The notes under the pieces are model-generated. The model was not told the origin of the DNA and made no database searches. It saw only the letters and a program-made list of their open reading frames with translations. DNA of 61,562 nucleotides, the filler included, from Choristocarpus tenellus KU-1152 (taxonomy: Eukaryota > Protista > Phaeophyceae): the NCBI GenBank assembly GCA_964200185.2. It is 7 parts of 7 records of this genome, joined end to end, with 100 filler letters (N's around TTAATTAATTAA, not from the genome) between each part and the next. Parts side by side here need not be neighbours in the genome. Positions count along the whole stretch, not along the records: positions 22,827 to 26,216 come from CAXNAD020020360.1; positions 26,317 to 33,608 come from CAXNAD020006393.1; positions 33,709 to 38,762 come from CAXNAD020012026.1; 4 more parts are not named here. One strand, 5' to 3'. The first letter of the stretch is position 1. Every line of letters begins with the position of its first letter. The position numbers were made by a program, and so were the translations under genes. Positions 24,922 to 36,081 of this stretch are shown here, one piece after another.

Positions 24922-26084
24922 ATGTCGAACATTCCAAGAACAACAACCCACCCGCCCGCCGATGGGAAAAGTTTGGAATCCAGAACGCAGGACCTACCCC
25001 CTACTGGCATGTCCCAGCTATTGGGTAAATATTATCTGTGATCATACAAGATGGAACTAGGACATGTCACATGCACAGATATGGTGCGTCCTTTAAGCGA
25101 GCGTGGCCTTGCGCTCCTGAAGAAGTCTATAAAGGAGAAAGGCTGGCTGGATCAGTTTGCTCCAAGTGTTGTCATCCAGCGAGAAAGTTTAGGTAATATG
25201 GATGAGCTAAGCGCCGAAACTGTGCTTGCCGTTGAAGGGCGTGTATGAGTCAAAGTATCTTAGAGGGTAGGGCCTTGTCCATTTGGGGATCAAAATCCAA
25301 TATTGCGATTTTGATATAATGTTGGCTATCGTGTTTGTTGGGAAGTGTCAATATCCTTGTTTCGGACACACCTTTTCATGACGTATACATTTTACCTACT
25401 CCCAAACATTTTGGAGCACGAAAATGTAATAAAAATACGCCATGGGAAGTCAAGCACCAAATGGACAAACAGGGCAAAACTCGTACCCTCTGAGATATTT
25501 TCAGTCGTATTGGACGGAAACCATAGAGTAACGGTGCTGAAGAGAGTGATTGATCCCGAGCACACTGTCACCATGCGGATCTACATGGAGTTCGAGCAAA
25601 CGGAAGAGAGGTTAATTGCCAACGGTGGGTGATGGACTGTTTTCGTTGTTCCATAATCGCCTGACCATTCTGATCAACCAAGCACCGAAGTAATGTAGTG
25701 TTTTCACTGTTCCGTGATCGCCTGATGACTATTCTGATATACGAAGTTGTTGTCGAGTTTCCCTTACTATGTTCATTGTCAGTCAGCCCACTGTGGATAT
25801 TTTCGTTTCTCATCTTTTTTATCCCTCGTGGTATTCCTGTCCACAGCAACATGTTTCTCGGTGCCGCAGGCTGTGTGTGTCCCGCGATCGCTCCCCACCT
25901 AACTCTTGTCCCGTTCGCCCACTGCACCACCATGCCTATAGTATACAACGACGCGACAGAGAGTGTGGTTGAGCGCCCATTATGCGATAAGATATATTTT
26001 CAGCACAAGCTCCAAGAAGCTATCAAGCGACAGAGGAAGAAGAAAGAAGTGTCACTAGGAGATATCCACAAAATGTACCAAAAG
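24922..26084 (+). pseudogene. Spliced ParB/Sulfiredoxin-fold (ParB N-terminal-like) gene, interrupted by MITE-B, with an upstream in-frame TGA
   Basis: Removing the MITE gives LALLKKSIKEKGWLDQFAPSVVI...EGRVLDGNHRVTVLK...EERLIAN|VYNDATESVVERPLCDK, matching the ParB pattern LxxSIxxxG..P..V / DGxHR / LxxN. GT-AG intron 25625-25941 joins in phase 1; the next exon is 25942-26084 with donor GTGAGA. In-frame TGA at 25039-25041. Confidence 0.7.
25247..25506 (+). mobile_element. MITE-B inserted in a coding exon
   Basis: GAGTCAAAGTATCTTAGAGGGTA...TACCCTCTGAGATATTTTCAGTC; perfect 4-bp TSD GTAT (25243-25246, 25507-25510). Confidence 0.95.
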
Positions 26085-26216
26085 GTGAGAGAGTTGTCGA
26101 CATTGGTGGGATGGTCGTGCTCTACTCCTCCTCTGGTTGGGTTACAGCTGTTGCGAGATATCCCTGTGTCGAACTATTCAACCTAAGTTGAGATAGTTAT
26201 CCCGCGTTTAGATACC

Positions 26217-26316
26217 NNNNNNNNNNNNNNNNNNNNNNNNNNNNNNNNNNNNNNNNNNNNTTAATTAATTAANNNNNNNNNNNNNNNNNNNNNNNNNNNN
26301 NNNNNNNNNNNNNNNN
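26217..26316. other. Artificial contig linker
   Basis: Same structure. Confidence 0.98.
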
Positions 26317-26570
26317 GAATCTTACTCTGCATCTTCTCAAAATAATCACTTATTCTGTAAGGTTAACCTATGTGTTACTAATATCGTATATAGTTCGCAA
26401 TTGTCAGAACTCGAGAAACAATCTTTACACTGTATGTCTATTACAAATGTTCGTATTTCCTAACACATGAGGAGAAAATGCTCGTGCTATTCGTGTGTAA
26501 CAAATGCTCAAACTTTGTTGAAATGCAAGAAGAAGAAACGCTCACGCTATTCGCCTGTAACATTACCGCT
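26317..26570. repeat. Dispersed repeat shared with ~60435-60580
   Basis: GAATCTTACTCTGCATCTTCT, TCTGTAAGGTTA and AAATGCTCGYGCTATTCGTSTGTAACA occur in both contigs. Confidence 0.7.
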
Positions 26571-29500
26571 ATTTTTGTTTTGGTAGAGTCTTCAGGTGTC
26601 GGTCGCCTTCTTGCCCTTCTTGGCATCCTCTCATGTGTCAACACAATTCAGATGCTACACAGGAAGATGAGACCACTCCATAATTGGGTCCAACCTCTGG
26701 TTTTTTTCCTATAGCAATATTTCCAGATGACGACAAGAACATACTATACGCTTTAAGCTGCCTGTGAAGCAGGAATAGCCAAAACACGGTGGCAACCTTG
26801 GTTAAGCAAGGATAGGATGAAGCATTCTCTCGCCACCGCCTGAGGTAGTCATGTAGTCACTTCTCTTGTCATTCACTGAAAGAACGGTGCCATTTATAGG
26901 GATCAACTCCCACTTGTACTGACTGGTCTATGTACTCTCTCTTGGTTGCTTGCGGACTATGCCTCCATCAGCAGCAGCTAAACTTTCACCATGATGTTCA
27001 GGGGGGGTTCTGGTGTGAAGCCTCTTCTTTGGACGGGGTTACAACCTATTGAGATAGGCAATGTGTGTGCTGTGCTGCAAAATGCCAGCTGCATCTAGCA
27101 TGACATAGCATGCCCTCCTCCCCCATCCTTCTGTTGGACTTCCTAATTGTCATCATCCACACACAAGAGAACATACCCGGCAGATGCATCACAGAGGTCT
27201 CCAGAACCAAGACTTCCAAAGGCATCAGGTACAAATCCAAAAATATCATGGAGATGTGTAATGCGTTCGGTGATGCTCAGCACAGAATATACAACCAAAA
27301 AACAAAAACACAACAATCGAACTTTTTATGAAGTGCTGGTCATAAATGAATCGAGATGATTATATCGTGCAGTTCACCAAACTAAAAGGCATAGGATCTA
27401 AATGTCTATTCTCACTTCACTCTTCGCATGTGTCTGTTGTACGGAACTGAGTAGGACATCGAAGCAACATGGAAAGTGGAGAATGAAACAAGCACAACAA
27501 CAGAGGGTGTGCATATAATTCAGTATGCCCACTAACAAAATTTGCAGATGTTCCAATATTTTGATAGTATTGACGTACTATGTAGTTTTGAAAACGAGAA
27601 ACCAGGTCCTCTGTAGATCTTACCATGTTCCAATACACCAACAACAACAGTTAGTTGTAGAAACTTAAACTTACTATATTTTACGCGTACTGACAACATG
27701 CATATAATGTCGTGATGGGTGAGACAGTAAACAACATTCAGTTCATAGAAGGCAGAGAATACAACAAACACGAGAACTATATCGCTAATAATACAGGTCT
27801 TCCAGTACGCCTACAGTATCAGATCATTTAAAACAAAATAAAAACTCTGCATGCCTTGTTGCGATGTTTTAACCTACAACAGGAGTGATGATTGTAGTAA
27901 CTTATACTTTAAAGTACATACATACTACTCCAGAAAATATAGTGCTACATAGCTTCTTAATCCCCACTAGAATATGATGACACACACAGCTAAAACATCA
28001 TTACTATCCCTCTACTGCCACGATGAAGGCGGTCTATAGAAACAAGGGAGGAATCCCAGAGTCAGTCAAGCCTAGGCTCGCCCACTGGCCTGTATCTCCA
28101 GCTTAGCGCGCATGATGCGTCTCAAAAATGTAACATGTGCCATGAGAGACACAATCTGTCAGGGTGTGCCTTCAACACTCCATGCTTGAAACCGAGCCCC
28201 CCTGACACCCACCATGTGACTCATCACATAGTTAAAACAATGCTCTCCCTATGTACCAAACACCCAACGCTTTTTTCTGCGAATCACGCACGTAAAACTG
28301 TGCTCAAAAACAAGAAACCAGTACTATAACTGCAATCAGTGTATTTGGAAGGCCTTCCGTAAGTAATACAGACTGCTGTTAATATATACTTTTGTGTTTT
28401 TGTGTTCCTCTATACACCCCATAACATCACCTGCAAAATATCGGTGGGCGCAATGTACTGCAATATCCACCTAACAAACCTCTCCGCAGGTCCCCGACCT
28501 GGAATTAAGCTTCTCAAATGGCTTTCATACATCATAGGAGCCAGTGTGGGCAACCACTCAACCCCTTTTGAGAGAATAAAACGAATCCCTTGGCCAGTAT
28601 TCCGCCTAACAGAGAACCGGTCTTTTCGGGGGTAGAGGAGGCACTACCTAGCTGATGCCCAGAGTGGCTGGACGTAGAAGACGGTACGGACATTGGTGAC
28701 ACACGCACATGCCACAGAGCTGAAGGGGTGAGGCAGTACATACAAGCAACTACGCAGTGTCTGCAGGACGCCTGCCACATAGGCATGCTTGGACCCTGGA
28801 GGATGAAAGTCCCTTCACCATTGACCGGAATTTTCGTACTGATGCAGTATTTTGTGCTGGGACATTGTCTAGCGTAGCCACAACCCCTTACCACAAAAGT
28901 GTCTACTGTCGAATCTGGGCCTCTCATAGGTCCTAGCGGAGGGGGACTGCCACCTATAATAATATTCGTCTCAGTGAACTCCCTCAAATGCTACGTTTGA
29001 ACGTTCTTGGAATATAAAGGTGATTCAGTTCAATTTTTCTGTATGGGTAGTGTGTGACATGATGTCCGCCCATTTCTTTACTTACGTACAAACAGAACTC
29101 ACCCCTCCAAACCGATTGGACACTGCCTCACCACAGCATAATGTAAAAAAAAAGATATTTGGGTTTAATACCCATCACTATACCAAAGGGAAAGTTTATA
29201 AAGTAATCTGAGTTTTGTAGGCGGAAGAATTCTGGTTGGTTGGGAGCACAGCGGAAGGGAGAAGGACAGAGAGAAGAATAAGAATTAGCAAGAAGGGAAC
29301 GAATAGTTAAGTAATGAGGGGCTAAGAGAGTGAGGGGAGAAGTACAGGTGAAGAAGGAATAGTCAATATTGAATATATTGGCGAGGGCTGAGGGTACAAG
29401 ACGAGGAGGGTGACAACAAGACAACCTCCAAGCAAGTTCTCCCGCCCACCCACCCTTTCGCTTGCTCACGACCGATGGGGATGCTGAGAAAAAGGGAGGG

Positions 29501-29654
29501 GAGGTCAAGTTCGGGTGGGGTAGATGTCTTCTAGCTCCAAGTCATGGTACGAAGTGGATGATGAAGGGTTGTGCTTGGATGATTGTGGAGTGGTGTTGAG
29601 TGGTGTGGGGTTGAGGGGAGTGGTAACTTGTGTGGGGTTGAAGGGTGGGAGGGG

Positions 29655-29932
29655 TGACTGGAAATCAGTGACCGAGGGGGTTCGCACTGGTTGGTAATCA
29701 GATGTGAGGGATGACTGGAAATCAGTGATGAAGGGGGTTCGCACTGGTTGTTCTTTAGATGTGGAGGGTAACTAGGAAACCAGTGGCGAAGGAAGGGGGT
29801 TCGCCCTGGTTGGTCATCAGAGGTAGGCGTTGGCTGGAGATCAGTGGTGAAAGGGGTTCGCGTTGGTTGGTCATCGCAAAGGAGGGGAAGGAAGGGAAAT
29901 CAGTGGCGAAGAGGTCGCACTGGGTGGTCATA
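29655..29932. repeat. Degenerate ~57-60-bp minisatellite, ~5 copies
   Basis: Recurring GGAAATCAGTG...GGGGTTCGCACTGGTTGGT. Confidence 0.75.
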
Positions 29933-31090
29933 AGTAGTGGGGGTACAATGGGGAGGGCAAGGGGAATGATGGGTGAATTGTAAACAGAGAATAAAATAAT
30001 AATAATCCAGAATTCGTGACCAATACAAACCCATCCATGGGCAGTCGGCAGCACTATCCAACAATAATTTGTTGAATTATTTCCTCTTGTGTAAATATTA
30101 GGCGTTAAATTTGTATTTCAAAGTATATACTTCCTCCACCCATCAGACAAGAACTATGTGGAAGTGTGTGAGTAGGTAGAAAATTCAATATTAGTAGCAT
30201 ATACTATTCGTAGATGTTGTCATGTGTTACAACCTACCAATACTACTAATCTAGAAAATAATAATAATGTAGATTAACTAAGAGGAGAGAAAATCGTTTG
30301 ACCTTTGTTTCAGGTGACGGCGTGTGGTCTGCGCGCACGGGATTCATTCCATTCAATGTTGTTGTTGTGTAGATAGATACAATAGACTGGTGATCTGCGT
30401 CTGTTCGATCCACCACCTCTGTGTAGACCCGATCCTCCGCTTTCCCATTTTGCAGTCCCCGTCAGTAATCGATATCTTCCGTGATCAGTGTGGTGAGTAG
30501 ATCAAGTGCTACACGATTGTGTGTGTCTAAAATCTACAAGGATTCTGGTCACTTGAACACTCTTAAGTAGACGGAGTGGAGTGGACTGGTCATCCTTGCA
30601 CTCAATTCGTATGGAAATAGAGGGTTTCGGGGTAGTTATACCCAAGAGCTTTAACCACATATATGATGAAAGTATTCTTCGTGTTGAAATCCTCTTGATG
30701 CAAGCACGAATTGACCATGACTACAGGGTTTTTCTAGAGGTGGAGATGGAAGGTCACCAACTTGTAACTCACCCCCTGTGTTGGCTCTTGTTAGCACAGG
30801 GTTCAGTTAAACGTTTCTCATTCTTCAATTTCTAACCTTTTCTATTAGCTAATGTCACCCCCCTCCTGTCCTTCTGTGGTCCTATATCAGAGTGCCCTTC
30901 CACTGGTCCAAGACCTGAGTCAAGGCTATCTGTCCGCACTCTCTGCAGATCCCTCGGCACGTTACGTTACATTCTCTGGCCCGTAGAGTTGAAAAAAGGG
31001 CGAAGCTTCTTCACAGTGGAATCACGCCGTGGATTTGATCAGGGGAAAGAACCCCCAGGGGGCTGGAGTGCAAATCTTCGACTCAAAGCC

Positions 31091-32988
31091 ATGCTCGAAT
31101 ACGACAACTGCGCGTTCTACTACTTCACCCTCTCCTTGGTTTCAATCTGTTTGGTACCGGTGACGATTACCTTAGCCAGTCAGGTGCGCCTTGAAGTTGT
31201 GTCATATTAGTACACTGTTAAGTAAGAGTATGTTGTGTGGTGGGGTTGAGGTAACCTGAGAACAATTAACCGAGAGACAAGGCGACCAACCACTGTATGG
31301 CTGCCCAACTGTTGTGCCCAGCCAACGCTACCGATAAAGAAGTGAACGAGACTTTCGACACTTGCGGAACAGGTCTGTTGAGGGAACAGAAGTTTAACTC
31401 TTGCTTAGCGATCAAAGAAACAACCATGTAGACTCACTGAAACTGGCTTCAGGCAAATTGGATCACCACCAGAGTATCTCGAGCTCAGCTTGTGACCCTG
31501 TCATCGAAGCGCCTATAATTTCACGCCATCCACTTAAGCACGACACTCTATCCAATTTAACCCTCCCCCCTGACGTATTCTGCATTCTCCGGTCCTAATG
31601 ATCTGTTTGGGTGTGACGTCCGATGTTGGATTATGTTTTTGGGAATTATGTGGAACTGTGGACAGGTTTATTGTACGGCTTTTGCAGAGCGAGATGGAAG
31701 GATTGGTACGCACAAGAGTGCCCAAAAATTCAAGTTTTCAAAGCTGAGGAAGGACCGTCTGGACGTTGATGCCCTTAGAACGCTCGTTCATGAACGGACT
31801 TTCATGACCAAGGTTCGCCCCTCCCAAATATGCCTTGTAGGACCCTTTGAGTTGAGTGTGCCGTGCTGCTAAGGGAACTGCAGCGGTAGATACTAAGTCA
31901 ATATTGTGCAGCACTAGTCATATTCCTCTCCCCCATTCTATTGTAGTGGCTCTTGTCCGCTGTTATTTGTTGCTAGTCCGTGCTTACGCATAGCCCACTG
32001 TATGGTGAAGTGGATACTTGCAGCATTTTGTCCACCAGATGATGTTCCTCATGTCAGCGTTTTGTGGTACAATCTCTTGCCGGGATTCTCTTGATGGTCT
32101 TATGCAGTTGGACTACTTGTGTCTTTTTACTGCAATTGAGATCATGACAAACGGATGTCATTGTGTATAGTATTGTTCAATGAATGGTGTGTTTTAGGAC
32201 TGTTTTGCTCCATATGCACGATGTGGGTCCATCTTGGACATGTTGCCTGTCAATGCCTGCTTGTTTTTTCCTCAACCCTGATTGGGAAGGAGAAGTACAT
32301 TTGTTCGCTTCTGTGTGTAGAGTTTGATTGAAGTATGGAATGTAGGAGAGTGTTAGAATGAAATGGCCGTCCAGTTTCAGTGTTATGTGGCCTTAAATGA
32401 CCCTTTGTTAACTGGTAGTGTTGGTGACACACTTGATACATTGAAAAACTAATGCATTGCTAGAAGCACTGTACAAAGGAGTCGGTACCACTCAACCTGG
32501 TGTGATGGGAAGGTGATAACATATAATGCCTTCAAAAACATCTGTTCAGAATGGTTGACTGTTTGCCTGTAGTTTTTTTCACCCGTCTTAAGTGTGGCAA
32601 AGGCGTCCTTGTACATGTTACTGCTGGGTGTGGTTTGTCTTTCAGTTTGCACATTCAGAGGTTAGGTTTCTTTTCATGTAATTTCACGTGTGGTTTCTGT
32701 GTTTGTGCCTGCTTATGTGAGTGCTTGTGTGAACTGAACAACTGCTGGCTGCTTGTATTCTGTACATGTGTGTGTGTGTGTATGCTGTATGTGTGTGATA
32801 TATCTCAGGCTATGGTCGTGGTTTTAGGGTGGTGTGTTCTCATGTATCTTGTGTCCTCCATAAGGCATAGCGCGGAGATCGTAGGCTTCGACCCGTATGC
32901 CATCCTGGGGTTTCCCCCCGGTGCAGTCCCTGACCCCAAAGACGTCAAGAGGGTCTACCGGAACCTCCTTAAGCTTAATCCTACCGAG
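31091..32988 (+). CDS. SEC63: SEC63-like ER translocon J-domain protein, first three exons (31091-31183, 31666-31812, 32809-32988)
   Basis: N-terminal MLEYDNCAFYYFTLSLVSICLVP matches the Sec63 YD..F.YF...P pattern, followed by a second TM segment and FDPYAILG...DVKRVYRNL (J-domain helices I-II). All junctions are GT-AG, phase 0. Confidence 0.8.
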
Positions 32989-33608
32989 GTGAGTGTTGTA
33001 ATGAGTCAGGAGGAGATATCAAGGTGTTGGAAGTGGGGTGTTCTTTTAGTAGAGACAGTGCATTGTGGCATATTTATTTGCTCTTGTTGATGAGGTGGTG
33101 GGAGGCAAGGAGGTTGAAAAGGCTGTTTTAGAAGACGGATGGGAGCGAGGTTGCAAGAAAGGTCAGGGACTAGGAATCTGGTTGGGGGTAAGTTTCAGAC
33201 TAGAACTGAGCAAGAAATGTAATAGGTCTGCAGTAAGTGAATGGGTACGTTTTGAACACGAGTGTAGAAGGCGCTCCTCAACTCCTTTCTCGCCTGCCCA
33301 AGGTCATGTTTTGGCTTCTGAAAATTTGTGAAATGGCACAAGTGTGGTAGCTCAAACTGGACTTTCTTGATAGGGAGCAGAGGTGTTGAAGGAGGGACTA
33401 TGGTATGTATTGCCGTGTGAATTGTAGTGGTTGTACCACAAGGATCCATTTGTGGAAACAGGTTTGTGCCAGCTAGAACGGGATGTTCCGAAGTGTATGA
33501 GGGGCTGATAGAGTTGGCAGGGGGGGGGGGGGGGGGGGGGGGGGCTTTTTTTTTTTTTTTTTTTTTGTTTTTTTTTTTTTGGGTTGTTAGGGAGAAAAAA
33601 AAACATCT

Positions 33609-33708
33609 NNNNNNNNNNNNNNNNNNNNNNNNNNNNNNNNNNNNNNNNNNNNTTAATTAATTAANNNNNNNNNNNNNNNNNNNNNNNNNNNNNNNNNNNN
33701 NNNNNNNN
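33609..33708. other. Artificial contig linker
   Basis: Same structure. Confidence 0.98.
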
Positions 33709-33889
33709 GGGGGGAAGGTATGTAGAAACTGTGTATGAATGTATATGTAGGTATGTACTGGGGTTTTTTTACAACAGTCCGAGAACAAAAAAAAGTAAAA
33801 TAGAAAAAAAAATGTGCCTTTTCTTCAACACATCCTTAATTTTATTACACTACCAATACTTTAAGGAGTACGAGAAGCACGCGCGCAAC

Positions 33890-34015
33890 ACATACTATTA
33901 AAAAAAAATTGCAATGCATACTATAATAAAAAAAAATTGCAATGCATACTATAATAAAAAAATTGCAACACGTACTATAATAAAAAAATTTGCAATGCAT
34001 ACTATAATAAAAAAA
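33890..34015. repeat. ~29-bp AT-rich tandem repeat (ATACTATAATAAAAAAAATTGCAATGC)
   Basis: Seen directly, 4-5 copies. Confidence 0.8.
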
Positions 34016-34550
34016 ACAATTGCTTAGGCGAGACTTGAGACTTGAACTAACAACTCAGAACGCCGTAGCTAAGAGAGGAATAAAATAAAATAAAATAAAA
34101 TTGAACGAAGAGACGACATGTACGTTATAAAAAGAAAATTCTTAGCCAAGACTCGAACCAGGCACTCCTTACCAAAACACCACAGGAAGATCAATCGGAA
34201 CAAGCCCCGTCTCCGATTGATGGTTTTACTGACAGTAACAAGGAAGGTCGTGTCAGTAAAACCAGCTGTCGAATATTTGGCGAACCTCCTCCCTCCCATA
34301 CATACATAAAAGAAAAAAAAAGAATACTGACTCGGCACAACAGATAAAAAAAATAAACAAAAATACAACAAATGACATCACAACTCAACAACAAACGTGT
34401 CCGTTCAAATACCTAACCCTAACCCTAGACACACACAAGCAGTAGTTCAAACCTAACCCTAACCCTAACCCTTACATGTACATTGCCAGGGCTTACACCT
34501 CACGCCTCGCCAACAACAGCTAGTTCACACTCAGAAAGGACGGGCCATGT

Positions 34551-34851
34551 GAGTGTAAGTATCTTAGAGGGTACGTACGAGTTTTGCCCTGTTTGTCCAT
34601 TTGTGGCAGGCTTGGCTTACCATGGACCTTTTTCGAATGACATTTTCCTATTCCATGGTAAATATATTCCAAAATGTTTAGGAGTAGGTAAAATGTATGT
34701 GAGTGCGTTATGAAAAGGTGTGTGCGGAAGATGATAGATATGGACACTTCCCAACAAATACGATATATTCAAAATTACATAAAAATCGCAACATTAGATT
34801 TTGACCACCAAATGGATGCGCCCCCCCTACCCTCTAAGGTACTCTTGACTC
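34551..34851 (-). mobile_element. MITE-B, diverged and expanded (301 bp)
   Basis: GAGTGTAAGTATCTTAGAGGGTAC...TACCCTCTAAGGTACTCTTGACTC; flanks ATGT/ATCT. Confidence 0.8.
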
Positions 34852-35103
34852 ATCTTTTTCTTTTTATTGCAATCCAGGTACAACAAGAGGTACATGCAAT
34901 GCACACGTACAGATCAACAGACAAACACAAACACACACTAACAAACAAACAAACAAACAGATTGGAGTGGTATATTAATAGCGCAGTCCTCTACTTTTTT
35001 TTTTCACCATTACAAAAAACAAAAACAAAATACAAAAAAACATACAAAAACTATTTATATATGGAGAATATTTTGCATACAAAATATTGCAAGCTGTACC
35101 TAC

Positions 35104-36039
35104 CTGACATCTGCAAAGTCAACATTCACCAGCCCGGGCTTGATGATAATCTCAGAGATACCAATCACACCCTGAGGAGAAGGGAACCAAGAAAGTGAGA
35201 CAAAATCAATGACACAAGCAACAGTCAAGTGCGCATGTGTAGGACAGAGTTGTGAAGAATTAAAAAAAAAATGGTAGACCCTGAGAGAATGAAAAAGTGT
35301 GGTGATACCATATACCCTAACCCTCACACAGACGTTTCGATACACAATAATAATAAAACAAAAAATATTCACAATCTCCTTTTTTTTCTTTTCTGTTTGG
35401 TTTCGAGGCGGAAGGAAGTCTTAAAAAATAAAATAATATTACAATAAAAAAACTTTAATCGAGTCATTCCATTCCATCGAATCTGGTGACACGCATTCCA
35501 TTCTTTATCTATCTCTTTTTTACTTACTGATATATTTATTTATTTGTGAATCTAATCAAATCCAAATATTATCAACACCATATTACCCATCGTACAAGAG
35601 ACACAACAGTACCTAACCCTAACCCTAACCCTAACCCTAACCCTAAAAAGACTACAATATTCAAGTAAAATAATAATATTAAAAATCGTACCTTGTATTG
35701 ACCCAAAACCTCATGGTGCCTATTTCTCTCACACAAAAACATTTCAGTGCATCATATTAAATGTCGCAACCGTTTATACTGTCCCGACAGAGGACTCAAC
35801 CCAACCCACCCACGTCTCTTCTTTTGCTTTTACTGTGAGTAGAAGACATGGTTGTCCACTACTTGAATACTTCAATTCCCTCAAGATACATGATACAATA
35901 CTCATACCCACACCTAGCGATATCAGTCCAAAACTAACTTTACGGCTGTATGATATATGTATTATGTAACAATAGATCGAGCTGCAAGAGAGACATCACT
36001 TCACACCCAGATTGCTGTGAAAAAAATATAAGAATATAC

Positions 36040-36081
<42 letters not shown>

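Noticed and set aside
25039-25041. TGA recoding (Sec/Trp) in the ParB-like gene
   Set aside because: A single GGA-to-TGA nonsense change is simpler, no SECIS was identified, and other genes use the standard code.
34141-34222. tRNA/SINE-like B-box (GGTTCGAGTC, minus strand) with a nearby hairpin
   Set aside because: No cloverleaf can be formed and the A-B box spacing is too short.
35611-35645. True telomere
   Set aside because: Only ~6 units, inside an intron, with unique sequence on both sides.
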